Part shown: piece after piece, positions 52,999 through 61,473 of the stretch
Position numbering within the stretch: the first letter of the stretch is position 1
How the letters are laid out: every line of letters starts with the position of its first letter
Assembly: GCA_016189835.1 (NCBI GenBank)
Contig: JACPRU010000057.1
Coordinates: 24,454-88,453 of the forward strand
Direction of reading: 5' to 3'
Source of the DNA: Deltaproteobacteria bacterium
GTDB taxonomy: Bacteria; Desulfobacterota; Binatia; JACPRU01
Length of the DNA: 64,000 nt
Translations under genes and position numbers: made by a program
The notes under the pieces: generated by a model
Seen by the model: the letters and a program-made list of their open reading frames with translations, nothing else
Told to the model about the DNA's origin: nothing
Database searches by the model: none

Positions 52999-54840
52999 AT
53001 GAGCGAGACACCGCAACCGACCCCGGCCGTGGATGGCGCGGAGGAGCGCTTCGGCGACTACGTGCTGGTCGACAAGATCGCGCAGGGAGGGATGGCCGAA
53101 GTCTACCTCGCCAAGCGTCGCGGCGTGGAAGGATTCGAGAAGACGGTCGCCATCAAGCGCATCCTCCCCGAGCTATCCTGGAACCGGGAATTCGTCTCGA
53201 TGTTCATCAACGAGGCGAAGATCGCCGCGCGGCTGTCGCATCCGAACATCGTCCAGATCTTCGATTTCGGGAAGATCGACAACTACTACTTCATCGCCAT
53301 GGAGTACCTGCATGGCGAGAACCTGCGCGAGATCCTCAAGAAGTCCGTCGAGAAGGATCTGCGGCTCTCGTCGGAGATCGCCGCGTCGATCGCGGCGCGC
53401 GCCTGCGCCGGCCTCGAGCACGCGCATCGGAAGACCGACGAGGCGGGAAGGCCGCTGCGCATCATCCACCGCGATGTGAGCCCGCAGAACGTGCTCGTCT
53501 CCTACGATGGCGACGTCAAGGTGGTCGACTTCGGCATCGCCAAGGCCGTCGCCGAAAACCCCGAGGCCACCCGTGGCGTGCTCAAGGGCAAGCTCTCCTA
53601 TCTCTCGCCCGAGCAAGTCCACGGTCGCAACCTCGACGCGCGCAGCGACATCTTCGCGATGGGGCTCGTGCTCTACGAGCTGCTTGCGGGAAGGAAGCTG
53701 TTCGATCGGCTGGATCCCGGCGAGGTCCTCGACGGCATCGTGCGCATCGATTCGACCGAGGTAGCGCGCTCGTTGCCGGGTCTCGACCGCGACCTGCGCG
53801 AGGTATTGCGCCGGGCGTTGCACGTCGATGCCGATCAGCGCTTCCAGTCCGCCGGAGAGATGCAGGGCGCGCTCGAGCGGTATCTGCGCGAGCGCGGCGA
53901 TCCCGGCGGCACGATGCAGCTCGCCAACTTGATGCGGCTGCTGTTCGACGAGCGGATCGGCGAGCATACCGCGCAGACGCTGCGCTCGCAGGTGCTCGGC
54001 GCGCCGTCGAAGCGGCGTTCGGGGCCGTCTCTTCGTCTCGTCGCGGGGCTCGCGGGGGTGGTGTTCGGCGCCGTGGCGCTGGTGTTCGCCGCTCCGGCCC
54101 TGCGTGGCCCGCGCGGCGGAGCTCCGCAGCCGGCGCCGCCCGAGCGGGCGGCGACGAGCGCGGGCGGCGCGCCGACGGAGACGAACGCCGGCGCCGAGAG
54201 CGAGGTCGCCAAGTCGGTCCGCGAGCCGGAGCCGAGTCTGCCGGAACCCGCGGCGCCGGCCGGCGATGGCCGGGCGCAGCTGCAGCTCGCCAAGGCGGCG
54301 CTGGCCGAGAACCATCCGGGGGACGCCGTCGCCGCGTTCGACAAGGCATTCGCGGCCGCGCCGTCGCTGCGCGAGCAGAACGCCGCCGCCTACGCCAAGG
54401 CGTTGACCGAGGACGGCAAGCTGCGCTTCGACGAGGATTCCGATGCCGCCGCGCAGCGCTTTCGCGCGGCGCTCGCCGTCGACCCGAACTCGTTCGACGC
54501 GCACTTCTTCCTCGCCAAGGTGTACACGCGGAAGTCGGATCCCGAGGGCGCTCTTCAGGAATACCAGGAAGCCATCCGCATCAATCCCAAATCGGCGGAT
54601 GCGCAGTTCAATCTTGGCTTCGTCTACTTCTCGCAGCGGCGCTACGACGATGCGCTGCGCCAGTACGAGAAGGTCGTCGAGCTGAAGCCGGCCTACCTCG
54701 CCGACGTGTTCTACAACTTGGCGGCCTGCTACGAGCAGATGAAGCGGAAATCCGACGCCGTGGCGACGCTGCGACGCGGCCTGCAGGCGGTGCCGAACAG
54801 TGATTTGTTGCGCCAGCGCCTGAAGCAGCTCGGAGGCTGA
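52999..54840 (+). CDS. Hanks-type Ser/Thr protein kinase with one TM helix and C-terminal TPR repeats
   Basis: 613 aa with AQGGMAEVYLA, AIKRI, HRDVSPQNVLV, DFGIAKA and SPEQ. The TM helix is LVAGLAGVVFGAVALVFAA. TPR-like repeats occupy the last ~200 aa. Confidence 0.9.
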   Translation: MSETPQPTPAVDGAEERFGDYVLVDKIAQGGMAEVYLAKRRGVEGFEKTVAIKRILPELSWNREFVSMFINEAKIAARLSHPNIVQIFDFGKIDNYYFIAMEYLHGENLREILKKSVEKDLRLSSEIAASIAARACAGLEHAHRKTDEAGRPLRIIHRDVSPQNVLVSYDGDVKVVDFGIAKAVAENPEATRGVLKGKLSYLSPEQVHGRNLDARSDIFAMGLVLYELLAGRKLFDRLDPGEVLDGIVRIDSTEVARSLPGLDRDLREVLRRALHVDADQRFQSAGEMQGALERYLRERGDPGGTMQLANLMRLLFDERIGEHTAQTLRSQVLGAPSKRRSGPSLRLVAGLAGVVFGAVALVFAAPALRGPRGGAPQPAPPERAATSAGGAPTETNAGAESEVAKSVREPEPSLPEPAAPAGDGRAQLQLAKAALAENHPGDAVAAFDKAFAAAPSLREQNAAAYAKALTEDGKLRFDEDSDAAAQRFRAALAVDPNSFDAHFFLAKVYTRKSDPEGALQEYQEAIRINPKSADAQFNLGFVYFSQRRYDDALRQYEKVVELKPAYLADVFYNLAACYEQMKRKSDAVATLRRGLQAVPNSDLLRQRLKQLGG

Positions 54841-54847
54841 AGCGCGA

Positions 54848-55768
54848 ATGCGCAGGGGCGTTGCTTGGCTGCTGGCGACGTCTGCCTCGCTGCTGGCCGG
54901 GTGGGGGTGCGGCGTCTCGGCGCCCGCGCCGAGCGACGCGCTTCCCAGAGAGTACTCCAACGCAGAGCTGCAGGCGTGGTTTCGGGTACCGTCAGGCTGG
55001 AGAACGTTGGGCGATGCCGGCGGCGCCGTCGCGCGCTTCGAATCGCCCGACGGCGAGGCGCGCTTGACGCTCGCTCGGGCGAGCTTCGCGGGCTCCGGCT
55101 GCAGCGCGGCCGCGGCCGCGGCCGTGAAGGCGGCGAGCGGCGCGCAGCTCGCGGCCGAGGGGGAGTTCGGGATGAGCGCCGGCGGATCCAGCTTCGCCGC
55201 CGGACAGGGCGTGACCGGTGCGGAGGGCCGAAAGGGCGCGGCCCGTTATTATTGCCGTGGAGCGCAGGCGGTGGCGCTGGAGGCGTCGGCGAGCACGGAG
55301 TCGTTCCTCCGCTGGCAGGGTGAGATGGAAGGCGCGCTGGACTCGCTCAGCTACGACGGTCCAGAAAACAGGGTCGCGATTCGCCGGCCGGTGCAGGCGC
55401 CGCCCGCGTACTTCGTCCACGTCGTCCGGTTTCGCGGCCAGACGCTCGGCAGGATCGTCGAATGGTATACCGGCGAGTACGAGAACTGGAGGAAGGTGGC
55501 GCGCGTCAACGAGGACCTTCCCGTGCCGAACACGGACCTGAAGGTCGGTCGGGAGATCAAGATTCCCGCCGAGCTGCTCAAGCGCCAGGATCCACTTCCC
55601 GAGCCCAGGAAGCGCGCGGCGCATAGCTCGCCGCAGCCGAAGACGCGAGGCCAGGCGCCTTCCGGGCAGCCCCCGCCACCGACACAGCCGAGCGAGACGG
55701 CGCCGCTGGCGCCTGCCGAGGCCGAGGAGCAGGCGGCGCCTCTTCCGCCGGTGATCGGTCCGCGCTGA
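54848..55768 (+). CDS. Lipoprotein with a LysM domain and Pro-rich tail
   Basis: The lipobox is LLAGWGC. The LysM-like segment is HVVRFRGQTLGRIVEWYTGEYENWRKVARVN...LKVGREIKIP. Confidence 0.7.
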   Translation: MRRGVAWLLATSASLLAGWGCGVSAPAPSDALPREYSNAELQAWFRVPSGWRTLGDAGGAVARFESPDGEARLTLARASFAGSGCSAAAAAAVKAASGAQLAAEGEFGMSAGGSSFAAGQGVTGAEGRKGAARYYCRGAQAVALEASASTESFLRWQGEMEGALDSLSYDGPENRVAIRRPVQAPPAYFVHVVRFRGQTLGRIVEWYTGEYENWRKVARVNEDLPVPNTDLKVGREIKIPAELLKRQDPLPEPRKRAAHSSPQPKTRGQAPSGQPPPPTQPSETAPLAPAEAEEQAAPLPPVIGPR

Positions 55769-55889
55769 GCGCCTCGGCCCGGGAGGAGTCCGCCGGCGAA
55801 GACGAGCCTCGCGGCGTTTCGTCCCGCCGGCCAAAGGCCGTCCCGGAGCCCCCGGGGCGGCTCGAACCACCGTACGCGGGGCCGACCGG

Positions 55890-56696
55890 CTACCGCTGCG
55901 CTCCGTCTCCGGTCACGCTCCCGCTCCCGAGAAAGCAGGTGACGGCTTGGACGAACGCCTCACGCTGCTCGAGCATCGGCAAGTGGCCGGCGCCGTTCAG
56001 GATCGCGACCTGCGAGCCGGGGATCGAGGCGTGGAAGGCGTCGGCGTAGACGGTCGGAATCAAGCCGTCGGAAGCGCCCCAGATCACCAGCGTCGGCAGC
56101 TTGACGCGGTGGATGCGCTTACGCAGCCCCTTCTCCGGGATCGGCCACAAGAACTTCCCGGCCGACGCCAGGCAACGATACGACGAGAGAGCGAGCCGCG
56201 GATCCCGCAGCTGAGCGAGCAGCGCCTTGCCGACCGGCCCCTTGGGGTCGTGTAGGGCGCTGCGCACCAACTGCTCCGGCGAGAAGGTGAAGAAGTCGGG
56301 AATCGGCACCGCATCGAGCCACAGTCCGGCCGGGCAGATCAGCACCAGCCGGTTCAGCAGCTGCGGCGCGAGCGCGGCCATCTCCGCGGCGAGCATGCCG
56401 CCGAGCGAATGGCCGACGACGTGCGGCTTCTCGATGCCGACCTCCTCGAGGAAGTCGAGGTAGTAGAGCGTGAAGTCGAGGACGTCGTCGAGGTGCTCGA
56501 TGCCTTCCCCGGGGCCGAACCCCGGATGGGCGGGCGCGAACACGGTGAAGTGGCGCGCGAGATCGTCGAGAAACGGGGCGCCGTCCATCGGCCCGCCCGC
56601 TCCGTGCAAGAACAGCAGCGGCGGGCCGCTGCCGCCGCGCATCATCGAGGTGGTGAATCGGCCACCGCGAACCGAGACTCGGATCTCCCGCATCAT
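55890..56696 (-). CDS. Alpha/beta-fold hydrolase
   Basis: 268 aa from MMREIR with PLLFLHGAGG, the nucleophile elbow GHSLGG, and GAGHLPMLE. Confidence 0.85.
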   Translation of the reverse strand: MMREIRVSVRGGRFTTSMMRGGSGPPLLFLHGAGGPMDGAPFLDDLARHFTVFAPAHPGFGPGEGIEHLDDVLDFTLYYLDFLEEVGIEKPHVVGHSLGGMLAAEMAALAPQLLNRLVLICPAGLWLDAVPIPDFFTFSPEQLVRSALHDPKGPVGKALLAQLRDPRLALSSYRCLASAGKFLWPIPEKGLRKRIHRVKLPTLVIWGASDGLIPTVYADAFHASIPGSQVAILNGAGHLPMLEQREAFVQAVTCFLGSGSVTGDGAQR

Positions 56697-56701
56697 CCCG
56701 C

Positions 56702-57936
56702 TCACACCTCGGCGACGGCGGGGAGCGGCGCGGCGCCGAGCGCGCGCGGGGGCCGAGCGAGAGGCTGCGGAGACCAGCGGTCCGTCCACTCGCTCCACAG
56801 GTCCTTCAGGTGGGGCATGACCTCGCGGGCATAGAGATCCGTGTTGCGCAGCGTGGTTTCCCGCGAGAGGTTGCCGAACTGACAGAGCACGATGAGGTGC
56901 CCCACGTTCAGCTCGCGCACGATCTCGCGCAGCCGTTCGCGCACCGTCGCCGGCGATCCGGCGATGATGTAGCCCTCGTCGACCATGTCCTTCCAGCGGA
57001 GGCTCTGCAACGAATCCGTGCTGAACGGAGTCTGCGCCGCCTGCTTGCTCTCCGGGGTCACGTAGCCCGGAGCGGCGAAGAAGTAGTCGGGAACGTGCAG
57101 GCAGCGGTGATAGAAGTAGGCGGCGGCGTCGGCGTAGTCGGCTTCCGCTTGGGCATCCGTGTCGGAGATCGCCACGAGCTGGAGGTAGCCGGCGCGGAAC
57201 GGATTGCGGTCCCGGCCGACGCGGTCGGCCGCCTCCCAGTATCCCTTCAGGCCGCGGATCGCCGGCCGGTATCCGAAGTAGAGAGGAAGGCATAGCCGTA
57301 GTCGTGCCGCGCCGCCCACTCCCAGGTTTCCACGCTGCCCGTCCCCGGAATCCACACCGGCGGGTGCGGCTTCTGGATCGGCCGCGGCCAGACGTTCACG
57401 TAGCGGAGCTGGGTGTACTTGCCGTTGAACGTGAACGGCTCCGGCGTCGTCCAGGCACGGATCACCAGGTCATGGGCCTCTCGGTACTTCTCCCGCAACG
57501 TCGCCGGCGTCTGACCGTACGCGAAGTTCGTGTCCATCGAGCTGCCGAGGGGAAAGCCGGCAACCAGACGGCCGCCCGAGATGACGTCGAGCATCGCCAT
57601 CTCCTCGGCGACCCGGATCGGCGGATTGTACAGCGCCAGCGAGTCGCCGAGCACCACCAGAGCGGCGCGGTGCGTACGCCGCGCGAGCGCGGCGAGGATC
57701 AGGTTCGGCGAGGGCATCAGGCCGTAGGCGTTCGAGTGGTGCTCGTTGACGCAGATGCCGTCGAAGCCCGCCTGGTCGGCGTACTCGAGCTCGTCGAGAT
57801 ACTCGTTGTAGATCTCGTGGCCCTTGACGGGGTCGTAGAGTGTGCTCGGCACGTCGACCCATACGCTGCGGTACTTCCGGGAGAAGTCCTCCGGCAGGTA
57901 CTTGTAAGGCATCAAGTGGAAGAAATGACTCTTCAT
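56702..57936 (-). pseudogene. Luciferase-like (LLM class) flavin-dependent oxidoreductase, interrupted by a frameshift
   Basis: The N-terminal part (57936..57247) reads MKSHFFHLMPY...VNEHHSNAYG...WEWAARHDYGYAFLSTSDTGRRSAA*. The C-terminal part continues in another frame (...LPLYFGYRPAIRGLKGYW... to 56702). The junction is near 57290. Confidence 0.75.
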
Positions 57937-58076
57937 CGGGGGCTTCTCGTTCGCTGGGCAGCTGGCCTCACCGCCGACGCCGCCGCAATCGTTCTTTTCG
58001 GTACCGGGGGCAATCTTTTGTTGCCAAGCCCTCGTTTTTTCAGCGGAAGGCTGGTCGCCGCGGCGCGTATCCCGAA

Positions 58077-58105
58077 TTGACTGCGTCGGGGGCCGCTTGT
58101 ATGGG
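58077..58105 (+). promoter_or_regulatory. Sigma70-like promoter TTGACT-N17-TATGGG
   Basis: The -10 ends at 58105 and the ATG lies at 58112, giving leaderless geometry. Confidence 0.4.
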
Positions 58106-58111
58106 GGCGGC

Positions 58112-59308
58112 ATGGTCGAGCACCCGACGCTGAAGACGATGATGAACGAGGTGGTGGACTACGGGAGCTGCTGCGAGTGCGGCTCTTGTGTGCTGGTCTG
58201 TCCCCACAACGTCATCGACTACGTCGACGGCAAGCCGAAGCAAGTCGCCAAGGCGACCGCGGCGTTCGACTATTGCGGCATCAGCGAGGGCATCGGTTGC
58301 GACGTCTGCGCGCAGGTGTGCCCGCGGCTCTACCCGCGCGAGTTCCAGCTCGCCGACCTGCTGTGGGGCGCCGACCAGCCGCCGCATGCCGGAGTGTTCG
58401 GGCGCTACCGCAAGATCGTGGCGGCGCGTTCGACCGACCCCGCGATCCGCGCGCGCGGACAGGACGGCGGCGTCGTGACCGGCATCTTGGCGTGGGGGCT
58501 GCGCTCCGGATACATCGACGGCGCGGTGGTGTCGGCGACGGATCCCGACAAGCCCTGCGCGCCGGTGCCGCGAGCGATCACCAGCGTCGAGGAAGCAATC
58601 CAGAGCGCGGGCTCGTGGTACACCTACGTGCCGAACAACCTCGCGCTCGCCGAGGCGAAGGAGAAGGGCCTGAAGCAGGTCGCCTTCGTCGGCGTGCCGT
58701 GTCAGGTCACGCCGGTGCGCAAGATGCAGCTCAAGGATCCGTCGTTTCTCGACAACGGGCGGAAGAAGGAAAAGCACATCGATCGTCAGCGGGGCTTCCT
58801 CAAGGGGTTTGGCGAGATCGTCAAGCTCAATATCGGCCTGCTCTGCACCGAGGTCTTCGATTTCCGCGGTCTGATGGAGCAGAAGATTCAGGGTGATATG
58901 GGGATCCCGCTTTCCGACATCCGCCAGTTCAACGTCAAGGGGAAAGTGCTCATCTACAAGAAGAGCGGCGAGGTGGTGGAGCTGTCGCTGCGCAAGGCCC
59001 AGGAGTACGCGCGGCCGGAGTGCCACCACTGCGGCGATTTCAGCGGCGAGCTCGCCGACATCTCCTGCGGCGGCGTCGGTACGAACCAATGGACGATCGT
59101 CATCCCGCGGACCCGCAAGGGCGAGGAGGTCTTCGACACCATGGTCGGTGCGGGGCTCCTCGAAGTGAAGCCCATGGACGAATTCGAGAACTCGATGAAA
59201 GTGCTGCTGCGACTCGCGCGCAAGCAGCACCAGCGGGTGCCGGTTCCGCCGGGACGGGAAGAAGCGTTCGTGCGCCCCGCGGAGTTCATCGGCCGGCCCG
59301 GGGGGTAG
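58112..59308 (+). CDS. Coenzyme F420 hydrogenase/dehydrogenase beta-subunit (FrhB/FdhB) family protein with an N-terminal 2x[4Fe-4S] ferredoxin domain
   Basis: CCECGSCVLVCP and CDVCAQVCP clusters, then GQDGGVVTGIL, FVGVPCQV and CHHCGDFSGELADIS. An alternative TTG start is at 58097. Confidence 0.8.
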   Translation: MVEHPTLKTMMNEVVDYGSCCECGSCVLVCPHNVIDYVDGKPKQVAKATAAFDYCGISEGIGCDVCAQVCPRLYPREFQLADLLWGADQPPHAGVFGRYRKIVAARSTDPAIRARGQDGGVVTGILAWGLRSGYIDGAVVSATDPDKPCAPVPRAITSVEEAIQSAGSWYTYVPNNLALAEAKEKGLKQVAFVGVPCQVTPVRKMQLKDPSFLDNGRKKEKHIDRQRGFLKGFGEIVKLNIGLLCTEVFDFRGLMEQKIQGDMGIPLSDIRQFNVKGKVLIYKKSGEVVELSLRKAQEYARPECHHCGDFSGELADISCGGVGTNQWTIVIPRTRKGEEVFDTMVGAGLLEVKPMDEFENSMKVLLRLARKQHQRVPVPPGREEAFVRPAEFIGRPGG

Positions 59309-59381
59309 GGTCTTGCGGCGAGAAGCGTGCGGCGTCGTCGACTTCGGCGAACGCCGCGGTGATCTGCGAGAGGAACGCCGC

Positions 59382-59618
59382 GTGGCGAGCATCCCGGCCG
59401 CCGCTCTCGCCGCTCTGTTGCTCCTGGCGCCGGTCGCTTCCGCGGCCGACGACGATCGCGAGCCGGCACCGTCGGAGCAGGCCGACCAGAGCCCGATCCT
59501 GTCGCTGCTGCTGCTGCCGGTGACCGTGCTGATCCGCATGGCCTCCGTGCTCGGGCCGGACGAATCCGGCAAGACGGCGGCCGGTGGCGACACCCGCGAC
59601 GACGGCGCCTCGCGCTGA
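59382..59618 (+). CDS. Hypothetical small exported/membrane protein
   Basis: GTG start. VASIPAAALAALLLLAPVASA is signal-like and a second hydrophobic stretch follows. Weak evidence. Confidence 0.3.
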   Translation: MASIPAAALAALLLLAPVASAADDDREPAPSEQADQSPILSLLLLPVTVLIRMASVLGPDESGKTAAGGDTRDDGASR

Positions 59619-59668
59619 GCGCTCGCGCGCGCGGCGAGGATCCGCGGTCCCCGCCGCGGCGCCGTCCC

Positions 59669-60607
59669 CTACGGGGTGGTCGGCGTGGGGGCGGGCGTCG
59701 GCGCCAGGCGCTCGACCTGCGAAGCGGCGATGCCGAAGCCCGTGTCGGCGCCGTCGACCTCGACCGCGTCGCCGACGAGCAGGTCGCCACAGGAGAGCGA
59801 CGCTCCGTTGCTGTCGCGGATCGCGGTCGACGCGCTGAGGTTCACCTGGACGTTGCCCTGGGGGCTGGAGACCGTGAGATTGGTCGGACAATCGAGGGCC
59901 GTGATCGTTCCCTGCACCGTTTGGCTCGGCGCCGTCGCCGCCGGATCCGGGCTCAACCGCAGTTGCACGGCGAGGACGTCGCCGTTGTCGTTCACCGTTC
60001 CCTGAACGTCCGCCGAGCGTCCGATGACGAGATCCGCACAGCCGATCGAAGCGCCGTTCGGATCCACGATCGAAGTCGCCGGTTGCAGGCGAACGCGAAA
60101 CGCCACTTGCTCCCCGGAGAGCACTTGCAGCAGCGCGGCTCGACAGTCGATGCCGGTGATCGGACCCTCGAAGTGGATCCGGTGCTCGCCGACGGTGATC
60201 TCGCTGCCGGAGAGGTCGACGTTGACGAGGTCGACCTCTCCGCCCGACGGCAGGGTCAGCGGATAGCGAGCGTCGGTGCCGCTGCCGCTGAAGTGGAGTA
60301 CGGCCGGACCGAACTGGTTGCCCTCGAGGCGAAAGAAGCCCCGCTCGTCGGTCGACGCCGAGTTGCTGGTGCCCTCGATCGCCACGGCGATGCCGGGAAC
60401 CTGCGCGACCGCTTCGCCGCTCCACCAGGCGCGCACCATCCGCCACAGCCGCTCGAGCCCGCGGGCAGCGGTGGCCGCCGCCACGGCCGATCGCACGTTG
60501 CCGCTGACCACGGTCGGCGCGCGGCCACCCGAGCCGCCACCGCAACCGGCGGCGAGAACGAGGGCGAGGAGCACCGCTCCGAGCGGGTCGAGGTTTCGTC
60601 TGCGCAT
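59669..60607 (-). CDS. Lipoprotein with a carboxypeptidase-regulatory-like domain and repeated DUF5666-like beta domains
   Basis: The lipobox is LAAGC. Contains GNVRS...[12 protein letters not shown]. Internal repeats are GPITGIDC...[22 protein letters not shown] and GTITALDC...[22 protein letters not shown]. Confidence 0.7.
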   Translation of the reverse strand: MRRRNLDPLGAVLLALVLAAGCGGGSGGRAPTVVSGNVRSAVAAATAARGLERLWRMVRAWWSGEAVAQVPGIAVAIEGTSNSASTDERGFFRLEGNQFGPAVLHFSGSGTDARYPLTLPSGGEVDLVNVDLSGSEITVGEHRIHFEGPITGIDCRAALLQVLSGEQVAFRVRLQPATSIVDPNGASIGCADLVIGRSADVQGTVNDNGDVLAVQLRLSPDPAATAPSQTVQGTITALDCPTNLTVSSPQGNVQVNLSASTAIRDSNGASLSCGDLLVGDAVEVDGADTGFGIAASQVERLAPTPAPTPTTP

Positions 60608-60711
60608 TTCGCCTTCGATAGCCGATGCGCCGGCGGCGCTCAAGGCATCCATCGACGACGCTTCCATCGACGGCGTCCGTCGGACGCGCCGCGCAGGCGC
60701 GGCGCGCGGGG

Positions 60712-60740
60712 TTGACCCGTCGGCGGCGGGAAAGTATCTG
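60712..60740 (+). promoter_or_regulatory. Sigma70-like promoter TTGACC-N17-TATCTG for tRNA-Leu
   Basis: The -10 ends 13 nt before the mature tRNA 5' end. Confidence 0.45.
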
Positions 60741-60753
60741 GGGCGGGCTACGG

Positions 60754-60837
60754 GCGAGAGTGGCGGAACTGGCAGACGCGCAGGATTCAGGATCCTGTGG
60801 GGTAACACCTGTGGGGGTTCAAGTCCCCCCTCTCGCA
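60754..60837 (+). tRNA. tRNA-Leu (anticodon CAG)
   Basis: 84 nt. The acceptor stem is GCGAGAG/CTCTCGC with discriminator A. The anticodon arm is CAGGA-TTCAGGA-TCCTG, there is a long variable arm, and the T-arm is GGGGGTTCAAGTCCCCC. No encoded CCA. Confidence 0.93.
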
Positions 60838-60867
60838 TTGCCCGCCGCTTTCACGGAACATTGAGAG

Positions 60868-61473
60868 ATGGCCAAGCTCGTTCTGGTCCGCCATGGGCAG
60901 TCGCTGTGGAACCTCGAGGACCGCTTCACGGGCTGGATCGACGTTCCGCTCACCGACCTGGGGCGCGAGGAAGCCCGGCGCGCGGGCGCGCGGGTGGCCG
61001 ACATCCGCTTCGACGTCGCCTACACCTCGGCGCTCAGTCGGGCTCAGGAGACGCTCGAGATCCTGCTGCAGGTCGCCGGCCAGCGGCCCCCGGTGATTCG
61101 CGACCAGGCGCTGAACGAGCGTCACTACGGCGATCTCCAGGGGCTCAACAAGAAAAGGACGGCCGAGAAATACGGCGCGGCCCAGGTGAAGCTCTGGCGG
61201 CGGTCCTACGACGTGCCGCCGCCGAACGGAGAGGCCCTCAAGAACACGGCGGAACGCACGCTGCCGTTCTTCGAGCGCGCCATCCTCGGCGACCTCGTGC
61301 AGGGGAAGAACGTCCTGGTGGTCGCGCACGGCAACTCGAACCGGTCGATCGTCATGAAGCTCGATCGCCTCTCCGGCGAGCAGGTCGTCGGCCTCGAGCT
61401 GGCCACCGGCGTGCCGCTGGTCTACGAGATCGACGAGCGCGGCGAGGTGCTGTCCAAGGAGATCCGGGGCTAG
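60868..61473 (+). CDS. gpmA: 2,3-bisphosphoglycerate-dependent phosphoglycerate mutase (short form)
   Basis: 201 aa with [20 protein letters not shown] and VVAHGNS. Confidence 0.9.
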   Translation: MAKLVLVRHGQSLWNLEDRFTGWIDVPLTDLGREEARRAGARVADIRFDVAYTSALSRAQETLEILLQVAGQRPPVIRDQALNERHYGDLQGLNKKRTAEKYGAAQVKLWRRSYDVPPPNGEALKNTAERTLPFFERAILGDLVQGKNVLVVAHGNSNRSIVMKLDRLSGEQVVGLELATGVPLVYEIDERGEVLSKEIRG

